Positions 26,572 through 36,121 of a DNA stretch of 55,871 bases are shown here, one piece after another. The notes under the pieces are model-generated. The model did no database searches. It was not told the origin of the DNA and worked only from the letters and a program-made list of their open reading frames with translations. Made by a program: the position numbers and the translations under genes. How positions within the stretch are numbered: the first letter of the stretch is position 1; every line of letters begins with the position of its first letter. The DNA comes from Pyrinomonadaceae bacterium (GTDB taxonomy: Bacteria; Acidobacteriota; Blastocatellia; Pyrinomonadales; Pyrinomonadaceae), in assembly GCA_013816505.1 (NCBI GenBank), contig JACDEG010000001.1, forward strand, positions 1 to 55,871, read 5' to 3'.

Positions 26572-27597
26572 TTAAGCGGTTGTCGCGCCGCCCACTTTAG
26601 CCAGCGCGCGCCGCACCAGAGTTTGCGTCAGAGGAACCTTGTAAGCGTTCTTTTCAAGTGGCACCGCCCCTTGCAGCGCGAGCCGCGCGGCTTCGGCCAG
26701 CGTGCCGGCGTCGAGTCGTTTGCCGACGAGCGACTTTTCTGCATCCGGCGCGCGCCACGGTACGGGTGCCACTCCGCCGAGGACGATGCGCGCCTGGCGG
26801 ACTGTGCCGCCCGCGTCCATCTCGACGGCCGCCGCGACCGACGACAGCGCGAAGTCGAGCGACGAGCGCTCTTTGAACTTCAGATATGTCGAACGCGCGG
26901 CCATCGCCGATGCGGGCACTTGAATCTCGGTAATGATGTCGTCATTGTTCAAAACATTCTCGCGTCGGACGTTGCCCTCCTTCGGGAGCGTGAAGAACTT
27001 GTCGAGCGCGATGGTGCGCTTACCGCTCGGCCCTTCGACCACGACGCTCGCGCCGAGCGCGATCAACATCGGCGCGAGATCGGACGGGTGGACGATGTAA
27101 GACGGGCCGCCGCCGAGGATGGCGTTGTATTTATTCTCGCCGACGGCGGCGTAACATTCGGTGCCGCCCTTCTTGAGACAGACGACCTGCTCAAGCCGGA
27201 AGTACCAGCAGCGCGGTCGCTGGCAGAGGTTGCCGCCGACGGTGCCGAGATTGCGAATCTGCGGTGTCGCGATTGACTGGGCCGCCTCCGCTAGTCCGGG
27301 AAAGCCGCGCCGTATTTCGGAATGCTCTTCTAACTGCGTGAGCGTGACGAGCGCGCCGATTCGCAGCCCGCGCCGGGCGTTGCCTTCAATCTTGTCGAGG
27401 CCGCGAATGCCTTTCAAATTAACGAGTCGAGCGGGGCGCGTGATGCGCTCCTTCATCGTCGTCAGAATGTCCTGACCGCCGCCCAGCGGTTGGGGCACGC
27501 CGTCCTGATCACGAGCCGCCGCGCCCTCCTGCTCAACGCGCAAAAGTTTGACCGCTTCGGCCACACTGGTCGGATTAGTCCACTCGAAAGTGTTCAT
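26572..27597 (-). CDS. Xanthine dehydrogenase/CO dehydrogenase-family FAD-binding (medium) subunit
   Basis: PLGGGQDILTTMKERITRPARLVNLKGIRGLDKIE matches the FAD_binding_5 pattern, and a CO-dehydrogenase flavoprotein C-terminal domain follows. Its start overlaps the large-subunit stop by 4 nt. Confidence 0.85.
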   Translation of the reverse strand: MNTFEWTNPTSVAEAVKLLRVEQEGAAARDQDGVPQPLGGGQDILTTMKERITRPARLVNLKGIRGLDKIEGNARRGLRIGALVTLTQLEEHSEIRRGFPGLAEAAQSIATPQIRNLGTVGGNLCQRPRCWYFRLEQVVCLKKGGTECYAAVGENKYNAILGGGPSYIVHPSDLAPMLIALGASVVVEGPSGKRTIALDKFFTLPKEGNVRRENVLNNDDIITEIQVPASAMAARSTYLKFKERSSLDFALSSVAAAVEMDAGGTVRQARIVLGGVAPVPWRAPDAEKSLVGKRLDAGTLAEAARLALQGAVPLEKNAYKVPLTQTLVRRALAKVGGATTA

Positions 27598-29912
27598 GAT
27601 TTTTGACGCTCCTCCTTCATCATTCCCATCAGGATTTTGTCGGGCGTGATTGGCAATTCCCGAACGCGGATGCCGCAGGCGTTAAAGACCGCGTTGGCGA
27701 CTGCGCCGACCGCCGGAATCAGCGACGGCTCGCCGACGCCGAGCACCGCTTCGCGCAAGTCTTCGTCGTCAATGATGGAAACGAGTTGGGGCATCTCCAG
27801 CGTGCCCGGCAGCTTGTAATCATTGAATGAAGGGTTGAGCATGATGCCAAGCTGCGCGTCCATCACGCGCCCTTCGTAAAGCGCCATGCCGAGCGACTGG
27901 ATCATTCCGCCGTTGATCTGGCTGGCGACCGCGAGACGGTTGAGCGGTAGGCCGATGTCCTGCACATGCACCATCTTAATGGGACGTACGAAGCCGGTTT
28001 CAATGTCCACTTCGACTTCGGCGAAGCACACGCCGTGAACGCCGCGCGCCTGCAACGGTTCCTTCCACGCACCGCGCGCCGAGATGCCCGAAGCTGGCAG
28101 GGCCGCGCACGCCTGTTTCCACGCCAGCGACTTGCCGCCGCCGCTCAGCTTGCCATCGGCGAATATTACTTCTTCGGGTTTGATGCCGAGCAGCGGAGCA
28201 ACTTTTCCAGCCACTGCCAGGCGGGCGTTAACGGCGGCGTCTTTTAACGCTGGGGCGAGCGACGGCACAGTGGTCGAGCCGCCCGAAGCATTAGCGTTGC
28301 CGAGCTTCGAGTTGCCGATTTTTTCCAGGACATCGGAAATCGACAGCCCTAACTCTTCGGCGATAATCGCGCGTGTGTAGGTGCGTGTGCCGGTGCCCAA
28401 ATCCTGCGAGCCAACGGCGACCACCACCGCGCCGTCGCGTGCCACGTTAACATCGACCACACACGACGGGCCGCCACCCGCGCCCCACGTGCCGACCGCG
28501 CAACCCATGCCACGCTTCAGCGGGCCGGCACTGCCGCCCGGCGTTTTGTTACGGCGCTCCCATCCGATCTCTCGCGCGCCGCGGTCAATCTGACGGTGAT
28601 AAATGGTATCCGGCAAATTCTTTTTGCGAAACACAATCGGGTCGATGTTGATCTTGGCGGCTAGATCATCAATCAAGCATTCAATCGCGAACGACGCCTG
28701 CGGATGGCCGGGCGCACGCATCGCCCGCGAAGAGTCCTGGTTGGTGTAGACCGAGGAGACTTCGCGGTAAGACTGTGTGGGGCGATAGACGTATGGCTGG
28801 TTGGCTTGCGAACCGTCGCCGAGTCCGCCGAGCCGATACTGCGTGGCGTCAAGCGCGACGAGCGTTCCGTCGGCCATCGCCCCGCCTTTCAATTTCTGCC
28901 ACGAGCCGGAGCGATTTCCGGCGAACAGAAACTCGTCGGTGCGAGTCAGCATCATCTTCACCGGCGCTTTGGTCTGCTTCGAGAGTTGGCAGGCGAGCTT
29001 GCCTTCGACGCCGATCCCGAACTTGGCGCCGAAGCCACCGCCCATGTGCTCGACAACGGCGGTCACGGCGCTCTCCGGCAGGCCCAGTTCTTTCGCCGTG
29101 TCGCCGGGGATGGTGAATGTGCCTTGCGTCGAAGCGTACGCGGTCGCGGTGTTGCCGCCCCGGTAATCAACGACCATGCCGTGCGTTTCGAGGCACGCAT
29201 GATGAACGGTCGGGGTACTGTATTCTGCCTCGATGATCGCGTCGCAGCCGGCGATTGCCGCCGCCACCTTCTCGCGGTCGCCGCTCTTGCTGGCGGCTTT
29301 GATGTTCCCTTCGGGCATCACCTTGGGCGCGTCGGGTTTCATTGCCAAGCGCGCTTCGACGGCGTGCGGCAGGGCTTGGTACTCGACCACTATCGCCCGG
29401 ATCGCGTCGTCGGCGATTTCAGGCGTGAGGGCCGCGACCGCCGCTACGGGTTCGCCTTCGAATCGCACGATCTTAAGCACGGCGTTACTGGCCGGTTGCG
29501 CTGTTCCGCCGACTTTGATCGGATTCTTCTTGTCGGCCTCTTCGGTCGCCTTCTGGCTGCCCTCGACCACCGCCGCGGAAGGGACGACCGTCACCGCTCG
29601 CACCCCCGGAATGCGCTCGGCTGCCGTTGTATCCAACTTGGTGATGCGGGCGTGGGCGTGCGGCGAACGAAGGATGCGACCGTAGAGCATGCCCGGCAGA
29701 CGCACGTCATAAGAGTAGATAGCGGCGCCGGTAACTTTGAGCGGCGCGTCGACGCGCGTGATATTTTTGTTCAGCAACCGGTGCGCGTTGTTGGGTCCCC
29801 ATTTCGGCGAATCGCCGGTATCTTCGACTTCGATCTCGACCATCGTCTCTTTGCCGTCGACGACTCGCGGGACCATCACCTTCTTCATTTTCTTAGCAGG
29901 TTGCTGCATCAA
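27594..29912 (-). CDS. Molybdopterin-binding (large) subunit of xanthine dehydrogenase/aldehyde oxidase family
   Basis: It is 772 aa. LKVTGAAIYSYDVRLPGMLYGRILRSPHAHARI marks the a/b-hammerhead domain. GGGFGAKF, ACLETHG and RAPGHPQASFAIE are Moco-domain motifs. Confidence 0.9.
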   Translation of the reverse strand: MMQQPAKKMKKVMVPRVVDGKETMVEIEVEDTGDSPKWGPNNAHRLLNKNITRVDAPLKVTGAAIYSYDVRLPGMLYGRILRSPHAHARITKLDTTAAERIPGVRAVTVVPSAAVVEGSQKATEEADKKNPIKVGGTAQPASNAVLKIVRFEGEPVAAVAALTPEIADDAIRAIVVEYQALPHAVEARLAMKPDAPKVMPEGNIKAASKSGDREKVAAAIAGCDAIIEAEYSTPTVHHACLETHGMVVDYRGGNTATAYASTQGTFTIPGDTAKELGLPESAVTAVVEHMGGGFGAKFGIGVEGKLACQLSKQTKAPVKMMLTRTDEFLFAGNRSGSWQKLKGGAMADGTLVALDATQYRLGGLGDGSQANQPYVYRPTQSYREVSSVYTNQDSSRAMRAPGHPQASFAIECLIDDLAAKINIDPIVFRKKNLPDTIYHRQIDRGAREIGWERRNKTPGGSAGPLKRGMGCAVGTWGAGGGPSCVVDVNVARDGAVVVAVGSQDLGTGTRTYTRAIIAEELGLSISDVLEKIGNSKLGNANASGGSTTVPSLAPALKDAAVNARLAVAGKVAPLLGIKPEEVIFADGKLSGGGKSLAWKQACAALPASGISARGAWKEPLQARGVHGVCFAEVEVDIETGFVRPIKMVHVQDIGLPLNRLAVASQINGGMIQSLGMALYEGRVMDAQLGIMLNPSFNDYKLPGTLEMPQLVSIIDDEDLREAVLGVGEPSLIPAVGAVANAVFNACGIRVRELPITPDKILMGMMKEERQKS

Positions 29913-30658
29913 CTTCGCACCTCACTTTCCGTACCCAACGCGAGCGGGTTGTTCATCGCGATGGTCTTCGCCGCTGACAGCGCGGCCTCGAAGACGTGCG
30001 GATAGGTGCCGCACCGGCAGAAGTTTCCCTTGCACGCTTCTTTCACTTGATCGAGCGACGGGTTCGGGTTTTTCTTGAGATAAGCGGAGATCGTCGTGAC
30101 GAAGCCGGGCGTGCAGAATCCGCACATCAGCGCGTCCTTCTCGACGAATGCGGTTTGGACTTCGTTCAGTTTGCCGAGTGTGCCGAGGCCCTCGACGGTG
30201 GTAATTTTTTTGTTCGTCGCGTCGACCGCGAGCACGAGGCAGGAATAAACCGGCTTGTCATCGAGCAGCACCGTGCAGGCACCGCACGTGCCCTGGTCGC
30301 ACACCAGTTTCGGCCCAGACACTTGCGGCTCAAGATGGTTGCGCATCGCGTTCAGCAGAGTGGTGCGCGTCTCGACCCGTGCCGTACGCTTCTGGCCGTT
30401 GACGTTCAGCACCACATCGGCCGCACCTTGCTCGACACTTGCGCCCCCCGCGGCGGCGGGTTTGGCCTGCTCGCTCGCGTGGAGCAGCAACTGGTCGGCA
30501 ATCGCCGCACCGGCGCCGACCACGCCGACGCCTTTCAGGAATTTTCTGCGGCCCGGGTCGGGCGGCGCCTCCGGCTTGTTGGAGTTGTCGTCACGTTCGT
30601 CTGCCATGTGAATTGTCCTTTGTCCATCGACCCCGCTCGTCTGGTCGGCAGGAGTCAT
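29909..30658 (-). CDS. (2Fe-2S)-binding small subunit with twin-arginine signal
   Basis: The Tat motif is GRRKFLKGVGVVGAGAAIA. The ferredoxin motif is CDQGTCGACTV, and the second cluster is CGFCTPG...NFCRCGTY. An alternative start is ATG 30607. Confidence 0.9.
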   Translation of the reverse strand: MTPADQTSGVDGQRTIHMADERDDNSNKPEAPPDPGRRKFLKGVGVVGAGAAIADQLLLHASEQAKPAAAGGASVEQGAADVVLNVNGQKRTARVETRTTLLNAMRNHLEPQVSGPKLVCDQGTCGACTVLLDDKPVYSCLVLAVDATNKKITTVEGLGTLGKLNEVQTAFVEKDALMCGFCTPGFVTTISAYLKKNPNPSLDQVKEACKGNFCRCGTYPHVFEAALSAAKTIAMNNPLALGTESEVRS

Positions 30659-30688
30659 CTCGAGCGAAAAAAGGTGGAAAGGGAAGTC

Positions 30689-30718
30689 TTACAACCCGCG
30701 CGTTTTTGTCACTATAAT
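30689..30718 (+). promoter_or_regulatory. Sigma70-like promoter candidate for nth (TTACAA-18-TATAAT)
   Basis: ttacaa (30689-30694) and a perfect tataat (30713-30718) lie in the divergent intergenic region, 68 nt before the first possible start. Confidence 0.45.
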
Positions 30719-30785
30719 GAAAGTGGAGGCGCAAGCATAACACCATCCAGCCTGACGGTGCACATGGTTTTTTTGTAAAATTCGC

Positions 30786-31520
30786 GTGACAACTTCCGCC
30801 TGCGCAGTAAGGCAGAAAGCGACACCACGTTCATCAACACGACGGAGCGACGTTTTGGAGAGCCACGAACAACAGCGGCGGCGAACGCATCAGATCATCA
30901 AGCTGCTCAGGCGAGAGTACCCCGGCGCGCGGTGTGCGCTGGTTCACGCGAACCCGCTTGAATTGCTGATTGCCACGATTCTTTCGGCGCAGTGTACAGA
31001 CGAGCGCGTGAACCTGGTAACGGCCGATCTGTTCAGAAAATATCGCGCGGCGGCGGACTATCTCGAAGTGCCGCAGACGGAGCTTGAGGCGGACATTCAT
31101 TCGACCGGATTCTTTCGCAACAAGGCGCGCGCCATTCAGGGAACGTGCCGCATCATCAGCGAGCAACACGACGGGCGCGTGCCTGATGACCTCGAACAAC
31201 TGCTGCAACTGCCGGGCGTCGCGCGCAAGACGGCGAACGTGGTGCTCGGCAACGCTTTCGGAATCGCGTCGGGCGTGGTCGTCGATACGCACGTTGCGCG
31301 ACTCGCCGGACGACTGGCATTGAGCGTACAGAAGCAGCCTGAGAAAATCGAACGTGACTTGATGACGCTCATGCCGAAAACGGACTGGATCGATTTTTCG
31401 CACCTGCTGATCGCGCATGGCCGCAAAGTTTGCAACGCACGTACCCCACTGTGTGCCGGGTGCGTGCTCGAACCGCGATGCCCCTCTTCGATATTGAAGA
31501 CGGGCGTGATGCCGAGTTGA
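30786..31520 (+). CDS. nth: Endonuclease III
   Basis: PLELLIATILSAQCTDERVN is present. The HhH is LPGVARKTANVVLGNAFG, followed by VDTHV. The C-terminal 4Fe-4S motif is CNARTPLCAGCVLEPRC. The start codon is uncertain (GTG 30786 or downstream). Confidence 0.9.
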   Translation: MTTSACAVRQKATPRSSTRRSDVLESHEQQRRRTHQIIKLLRREYPGARCALVHANPLELLIATILSAQCTDERVNLVTADLFRKYRAAADYLEVPQTELEADIHSTGFFRNKARAIQGTCRIISEQHDGRVPDDLEQLLQLPGVARKTANVVLGNAFGIASGVVVDTHVARLAGRLALSVQKQPEKIERDLMTLMPKTDWIDFSHLLIAHGRKVCNARTPLCAGCVLEPRCPSSILKTGVMPS

Positions 31521-31621
31521 ACACGCCGTTACTCGTCGACGATCTCGATTGAGGAATCGTTGATCGAGCGTTGGCATGCTTGCCGTGCGTCGTCGCCATT
31601 CGTCGTCCATCAGGTTGCCGG

Positions 31622-32649
31622 TTAAGTCGCGCCTGCGAAGCCGCGTGCTTCAGCGGCGAGCGCATCATCATTCAACCAGTCGCGCGTCAAGTCGCACCAC
31701 AGTGCGAGGCCGCGCCACGTTTTGAAGCGGGAATAGTAGCGCGCGATTTTGGCGTCCGAACAGACCCGTCCGCGGTAATGCGTGCGTGCGAACTTGGCGC
31801 GCACCCACGAATCGAGCGCCAGTCCGTCATAGCGTCCGAGTAACTTCAATAAATAGGACTTACGCAGTTCAACGAGGAATCAACAACTTACGGTAAGTCG
31901 CGGTTCCGGTAAGTCCTTTGTTTTCAACAAAGCCTTTTTCAAGTGCGTAAGTCCTATAAATTCTCCGCCGCATAATCGCCTGCGCCTTTGACCTGCTTGA
32001 TCTCGCGCTTGAGTTCGGCGGTCGAGAGCTTGCTCGTCAGCCACGCCTCAACATTGAGCGACCCGGAAGCGACGCGCACGGCCAACTCTTTCAGGTACGG
32101 CGCGCGGTAACCGGAACGCACCATGTCACGATAAAACTTTTCCGGCGCATCGGCCATCGCTTCCGGCGTCGGGAAGGCGCGTTGCCCGTCATTGGTTGCG
32201 CGTCCCAGGTTCGTCACCAGCGCCGTGACCATGATCTTCGTCAACGCCCACGAGCAGCTAGTGGTGCAGAGCGTTTTCACCAAATCTTCGTAGACCGTCG
32301 GCGAGCGGAGCAGACGGCCCGCGCCCGCCGCGCTGACCCACGCGAAAGAAGGATCGACGTCCATCATCCGATAAAACTCATTCAGGTCGTCGTCGAGTCG
32401 GAACATGTGGCGCACGTCGCGCGACACAACCTCGGCGGCACGCGCGCCGAGTCGTCGCGGTGCTTGAATTCGCAGCGCGTCCTCGGTCCCGTCGATGGCG
32501 ACGGTCAGGGCCTTGTCGCCGACGCCCAATACGCGCCGCAGCGTCCAACTTTGGTCGTCGAACGCGCACGGTGATAACTCACACCAACCGTGACTGAGCA
32601 CCGTCCGGCGGTAATTGAATGAGGGCGGAGTGGAAATCAGGATTTCCAT
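31622..32649 (-). pseudogene. HhH-GPD DNA glycosylase (AlkA / 3-methyladenine glycosylase II-like) interrupted by a MITE
   Basis: ORF 31954..32649 ends ...VKGAGDYAAENL*, and ORF 31622..31849 starts (L)KLLGRYDGLALDSWVR. Joined, they form a canonical HhH-GPD motif (G.G.y.Ae..L..lgr.D.l..D). The stop codon TAG is supplied by the inserted element. Confidence 0.8.
31854..31956. mobile_element. 103-bp MITE with perfect 13-bp terminal inverted repeats and TAAA target-site duplication
   Basis: The TIRs are taggacttacgca (31854-31866) and tgcgtaagtccta (31944-31956). taaa flanks both sides (31850-31853 and 31957-31960). Five internal copies of the GTAAGT/ACTTAC motif are present. The element encodes no ORF. 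Removing the element plus one TAAA (107 bp) restores the host reading frame. Confidence 0.8.
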
Positions 32650-32755
32650 CGGCGGCCATCAAAAGCATGATGTGTGAAAGGTGACGCGCCGAACGAAACG
32701 GGGCGCGCGACAAGATGTTTCATTTAGAGCGGTCTCAGTATAAAAATTATGCGAC

Positions 32756-35506
32756 TTAAAACCTGATGCGGTAACGCGCGGTGATGCTTCGTCCGGGGCC
32801 GTCGATGCCCCACCCCGGATTGCGGTGGCTCTTGTCCGCGATGTTCTCGAAGTATAAATCGAGTTCGTTGCTTTCGTTGAAACGAAAGCCGCCGCGCAGG
32901 CTGATTAGCCCGTAGCCTGGTATGGCGGTGAAGAGTGGCGCGGAGTTCGCGGAACCGAGCACGCGAGTCTGCACTTGCGCTAGTGTTTCGCCCGTCGGGA
33001 TCAGGATGTCATCGGACGTGTCCTGGCGACCGTCGGGACCGTTACCGATGAGTCCGCGCACACGCGCGCCGCGCCGAAAAAAGTTTTGAATGTTAGTGCG
33101 CGAGCGCGTCGCGCCGGTGCGCCGATCAGACAGGTCGAGCGTCGAGAGACGGTCTTGCCTGCCGGCCAATGTCGAATAAGCTTCGACGAAGTAGCGAACG
33201 TTGGCGGGTTGGTAACGCAGGCGCAGGAATCCGAGCGGCGGCGGGACGCCCGCGCCGCCGAGGTTAGGCGGATCGTTCGTCTCTTTGTCTGCGGCGCGAA
33301 CATAGCTGAAATTGCCGCCGAAGTTCAGCGACTCGGTCAGGCGCAGATCGAGTGTGTATTCAAGACCACGCAAGCGGGTGGCATTGAAATTCGCCTGCAC
33401 CAGCACCGGGCTGGTTGAGAGCGGCACGAAGACCGCGCCGTTCGCGCTCTGACGCTCGACGCGCTGACTGCCGAGCACCAGACCCACCGCGCCGGGCGGC
33501 AGGATCAGCGTCTGTCGAACAATGGCGTTGTTGTAGTCAATCAGGTAGCCGGTCAGATCGGTGCGGACGCGACCCTTGCGGAGACGGAAGCTGAGGTCGA
33601 AGTTATTGGTGGTCTCCGACGAAAGCGGCGAGACGGGTATGCCGGTGGAGACGGCTGCGTCGTCGGCGGTCGAACCGACAATCGCACCTAAGTTCGCGAG
33701 GTCCGCCGTCGCGACCTGGAAGCCGACGCCGACCAGACCGAGCGAGCCGAGGCTGGTGATGTTCGGCGCCCGGAAGCCGCGACTGTAATTGAAGGTGATG
33801 TTCATCTCGTCAGCAATTGTCCCGACCACGCCGATGCGCCCTGAGAAATCGTCGACGCGCAGGCTGTCGTCGGGGAACAGGGGCCGACCGTCGACGAGTG
33901 GGCTGTCGGCGGCGTGTGCACGGTACGAAGCGACGTTGTAGCGCAACGCCCCGCTCAAACGCAGGCGTTCCGGCACGACGTCGTAAGAGTCTTGCACGAA
34001 CAAGCCAGCGAGGATGTAGCGCGCCCCGTTCGGCACGCGCGGGCGCACGAGTGTGACCGCGCTCGTCGCCGGATCGGTCGAAAAAGACGGCGCGTCCACA
34101 CTGTCGCGGTAGACATCTCCGCCGATGAGAAGGGTGTTGTCTTTGGTGATCTGCTTGTCGAGGTAGAAGTTGAAGCCGAAGGTGCTGGTCCGTTCACGGT
34201 CGTTCGTGATCGAAGCGAGCGGGTTGCCCTGCCCGCCTTGATTGATGCGTTCTTCACGCTGGCTGTTGAAGGAAAAGGTTGCCGAGAGGTTGTCGAAGAA
34301 GCCGACACGCTGCTTCGCGTAGCGCGCGTAGAAGAAGTCGAGCATCAGATTGCGCAGGTCGGCGACGAGGTTGCCGTCGCCGCCGAGGAGTTGGTCGTAA
34401 CGTTTGCCCCCATCCTGCTGGCTGCGTTGGTAGCGAAAGTTGAGTTGCTGATCGTCACGCGGCGCGTAGGTTAAGTGGAGCGTGCCGCCGTACTGCGTAA
34501 ACGCCGTGTCGTCCAAACGCTCTCCGAAGACGTTCGAGGGGAGTCCGAGAAAGCGCGTGACCGCCGCGTGGCCGTCGACGCCGCCGCCAGGGCGGAGCGT
34601 GTTGACGCGGCGGCTGTTGATGTTGGCGAGTAGCCCAAAGCGCTTCGTGCCGTAGGTCAGAAGCGTGTTGCCGCCGAACGAAAGATCGGCGATGGTGAAA
34701 AAAGAATTGATTTCGCCGTGCAGTTCCGGCTTGTCGAAGCCAATCTCCGGGGTGCGTGAGATGAGCTGGATCGTGCCGCCGAGCGAGTCAGAGCCGTACT
34801 GCGCGCTGTTGGTGCCGCGCACGATTTCGACCGAGCGCAGCGAACTCGGTTCGTTGAGATTGAAGAACGTGTTGATGCCGCCGCGCTGCGTTGACTGTGT
34901 GGAGCGCACGCCGTCAACGTATACGCCGACCTCCGTCAGCCCCCGCACCACGACCGCGCCGATGGTCGGGCTGGTGCGTTGGAGCGCGACGCCCACTTCT
35001 TCGTCGGCGACCTGAGCGAGCACGGCCGTTGTGCGCGAGATGATCGAGTCTTCTGAGATGACGTTGACTTGTTGGGCGACGCGGTCGGTGCTCTCGGTTT
35101 GGCCCGTCTCGGCCGTGACCGTCACTTGTTCGGCAAGCGAGCTGACTTCCAAAACCAGGGACACATTCGCCGCAGCGCCGCCCGCCGTCACCAGCGTGGC
35201 CACACTTTGATCGTTAAAGCCAGAGTGCGTGACACTGACTTCGTAAGTGCCCGGCGACACATTGTCAAAACTGAAGCGGCCGGTCGCGTCCGATTCAGTT
35301 CGGCGCGAAACTAATTGTTGCGTGTTGACGAGCGACACTTTGGCCTTCTCGACGCGGGCGCCCGACGCATCATAGAGCGTCCCTTCGACCGCGCCGCGCG
35401 CGCCCCCTTGAGCGTTCACCGGGACGGCGAAAATCAGCAATATCAAAAACGTCATCAGCGATTTAATCGAAGGTGTCAGTCTCTGTGGAAGTATTGGGTG
35501 ATTCAT
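32756..35506 (-). CDS. TonB-dependent receptor with N-terminal carboxypeptidase-regulatory-like domain
   Basis: A signal peptide is present. GAVEGTLYDASGARVEKAKVSLVN...TGRFSFDNVSPGTYEVSV marks the CarboxypepD_reg domain. Plug-domain segments are VNVISEDSI, VVRGL and GTIQLISR. The C-terminus is ...ITARYRIRF. Confidence 0.9.
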   Translation of the reverse strand: MNHPILPQRLTPSIKSLMTFLILLIFAVPVNAQGGARGAVEGTLYDASGARVEKAKVSLVNTQQLVSRRTESDATGRFSFDNVSPGTYEVSVTHSGFNDQSVATLVTAGGAAANVSLVLEVSSLAEQVTVTAETGQTESTDRVAQQVNVISEDSIISRTTAVLAQVADEEVGVALQRTSPTIGAVVVRGLTEVGVYVDGVRSTQSTQRGGINTFFNLNEPSSLRSVEIVRGTNSAQYGSDSLGGTIQLISRTPEIGFDKPELHGEINSFFTIADLSFGGNTLLTYGTKRFGLLANINSRRVNTLRPGGGVDGHAAVTRFLGLPSNVFGERLDDTAFTQYGGTLHLTYAPRDDQQLNFRYQRSQQDGGKRYDQLLGGDGNLVADLRNLMLDFFYARYAKQRVGFFDNLSATFSFNSQREERINQGGQGNPLASITNDRERTSTFGFNFYLDKQITKDNTLLIGGDVYRDSVDAPSFSTDPATSAVTLVRPRVPNGARYILAGLFVQDSYDVVPERLRLSGALRYNVASYRAHAADSPLVDGRPLFPDDSLRVDDFSGRIGVVGTIADEMNITFNYSRGFRAPNITSLGSLGLVGVGFQVATADLANLGAIVGSTADDAAVSTGIPVSPLSSETTNNFDLSFRLRKGRVRTDLTGYLIDYNNAIVRQTLILPPGAVGLVLGSQRVERQSANGAVFVPLSTSPVLVQANFNATRLRGLEYTLDLRLTESLNFGGNFSYVRAADKETNDPPNLGGAGVPPPLGFLRLRYQPANVRYFVEAYSTLAGRQDRLSTLDLSDRRTGATRSRTNIQNFFRRGARVRGLIGNGPDGRQDTSDDILIPTGETLAQVQTRVLGSANSAPLFTAIPGYGLISLRGGFRFNESNELDLYFENIADKSHRNPGWGIDGPGRSITARYRIRF

Positions 35507-35566
35507 TTTGAAAAGTAGTACGGATGGAAGTTTACGGTCCGGCTGGGCGTCGTGAAGAGCCTGGAA

Positions 35567-35595
35567 AGAGAGTCTCCGGTAGCAGAAGACTCTCC
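35567..35595 (-). terminator. Hairpin downstream of tRNA-His on minus strand
   Basis: gagagtct and agactctc form an 8-bp stem (9 bp with a G-U pair). On the minus strand it is followed by UUUCC. It separates the tRNA genes from the receptor gene. Confidence 0.45.
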
Positions 35596-35623
35596 TTATT
35601 TGAAATGGAGAAGTGAGAAGGGG

Positions 35624-35701
35624 TGGGGCGATAGGAGGGTCTTGAACCCTCGACCTCCGGTGCCACAGACCGGCGCTCTAACCAACTGAGCTACTATCGC
35701 C
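35624..35701 (-). tRNA. tRNA-His (anticodon GTG) with encoded G-1 and CCA
   Basis: The hand-folded reverse complement reads G-GCGATAG TA GCTC AGTTGGTTA GAGC G CCGGT CTGTGGC ACCGG AGGTC GAGGG TTCAAGA CCCTC CTATCGC C CCA. The extra 5' G opposite C73 is diagnostic for tRNA-His. Confidence 0.9.
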
Positions 35702-35861
35702 ACAATCTTAAGTTCTAACCAGCTGAGCGATCACCGTCATCAACATTTTCGTCCGGATACCCGGCAGCGTTTACCGAAGCACGCTGTGAAGAGACGGGGA
35801 CATCAAACAGGTCGAATCATACCGGACTGGTCGCTCGACTGACAAGCGTTGGAAGATGGCT

Positions 35862-35937
35862 TGGTGCCCCCGGCTGGACTCGAACCAGCGGCCCTCTGCT
35901 TAGAAGGCAGATGCTCTATCCGCTGAGCTACGGGGGC
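35862..35937 (-). tRNA. tRNA-Arg (anticodon TCT), CCA encoded
   Basis: The hand fold reads GCCCCCG TA GCTC AGCGGATA GAGC A TCTGC CTTCTAA GCAGA GGGCC GCTGG TTCGAGT CCAGC CGGGGGC A CCA. Confidence 0.9.
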
Positions 35938-36121
35938 GTGTCTGTTAAGCGACGAGTGATGTTAGCATGCGGTCGACGGTCGCCGTCAACCGGCCTCATT
36001 TGTGCCACCGCGAAGACCGCACGGACCGCGAAAATTCCTGGCTCGATTCCTGGCTGGTCAGTGCGATTCGAGACCGAACTGGTGTGTTAAAGTGAGCGCA
36101 ACTTTAATCGAGGGGGAAGAG

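Noticed and set aside
26326-27276. 316-aa plus-strand ORF over the FAD-subunit gene
   Set aside because: It is an antisense shadow ORF. The translation is Arg-rich with no motifs, and the opposite strand has clear homology.
28704-30005. 433-aa plus-strand ORF across the Mo-hydroxylase genes
   Set aside because: It is antisense to a CDS with unmistakable XDH-family motifs. Its Arg/Gly/Ala/Asp-rich, low-complexity translation is typical of shadow ORFs in GC-rich DNA.
30659-30785. Moco riboswitch upstream of the molybdenum enzyme operon
   Set aside because: I read the minus-strand leader and did not find the conserved Moco-motif blocks. Only a generic GCGCCUCC stretch is there, and the region is too short and unstructured.
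30834-31610. 258-aa minus-strand ORF over nth
   Set aside because: It is antisense to endonuclease III, which has HhH and 4Fe-4S motifs. The translation is Arg-rich.
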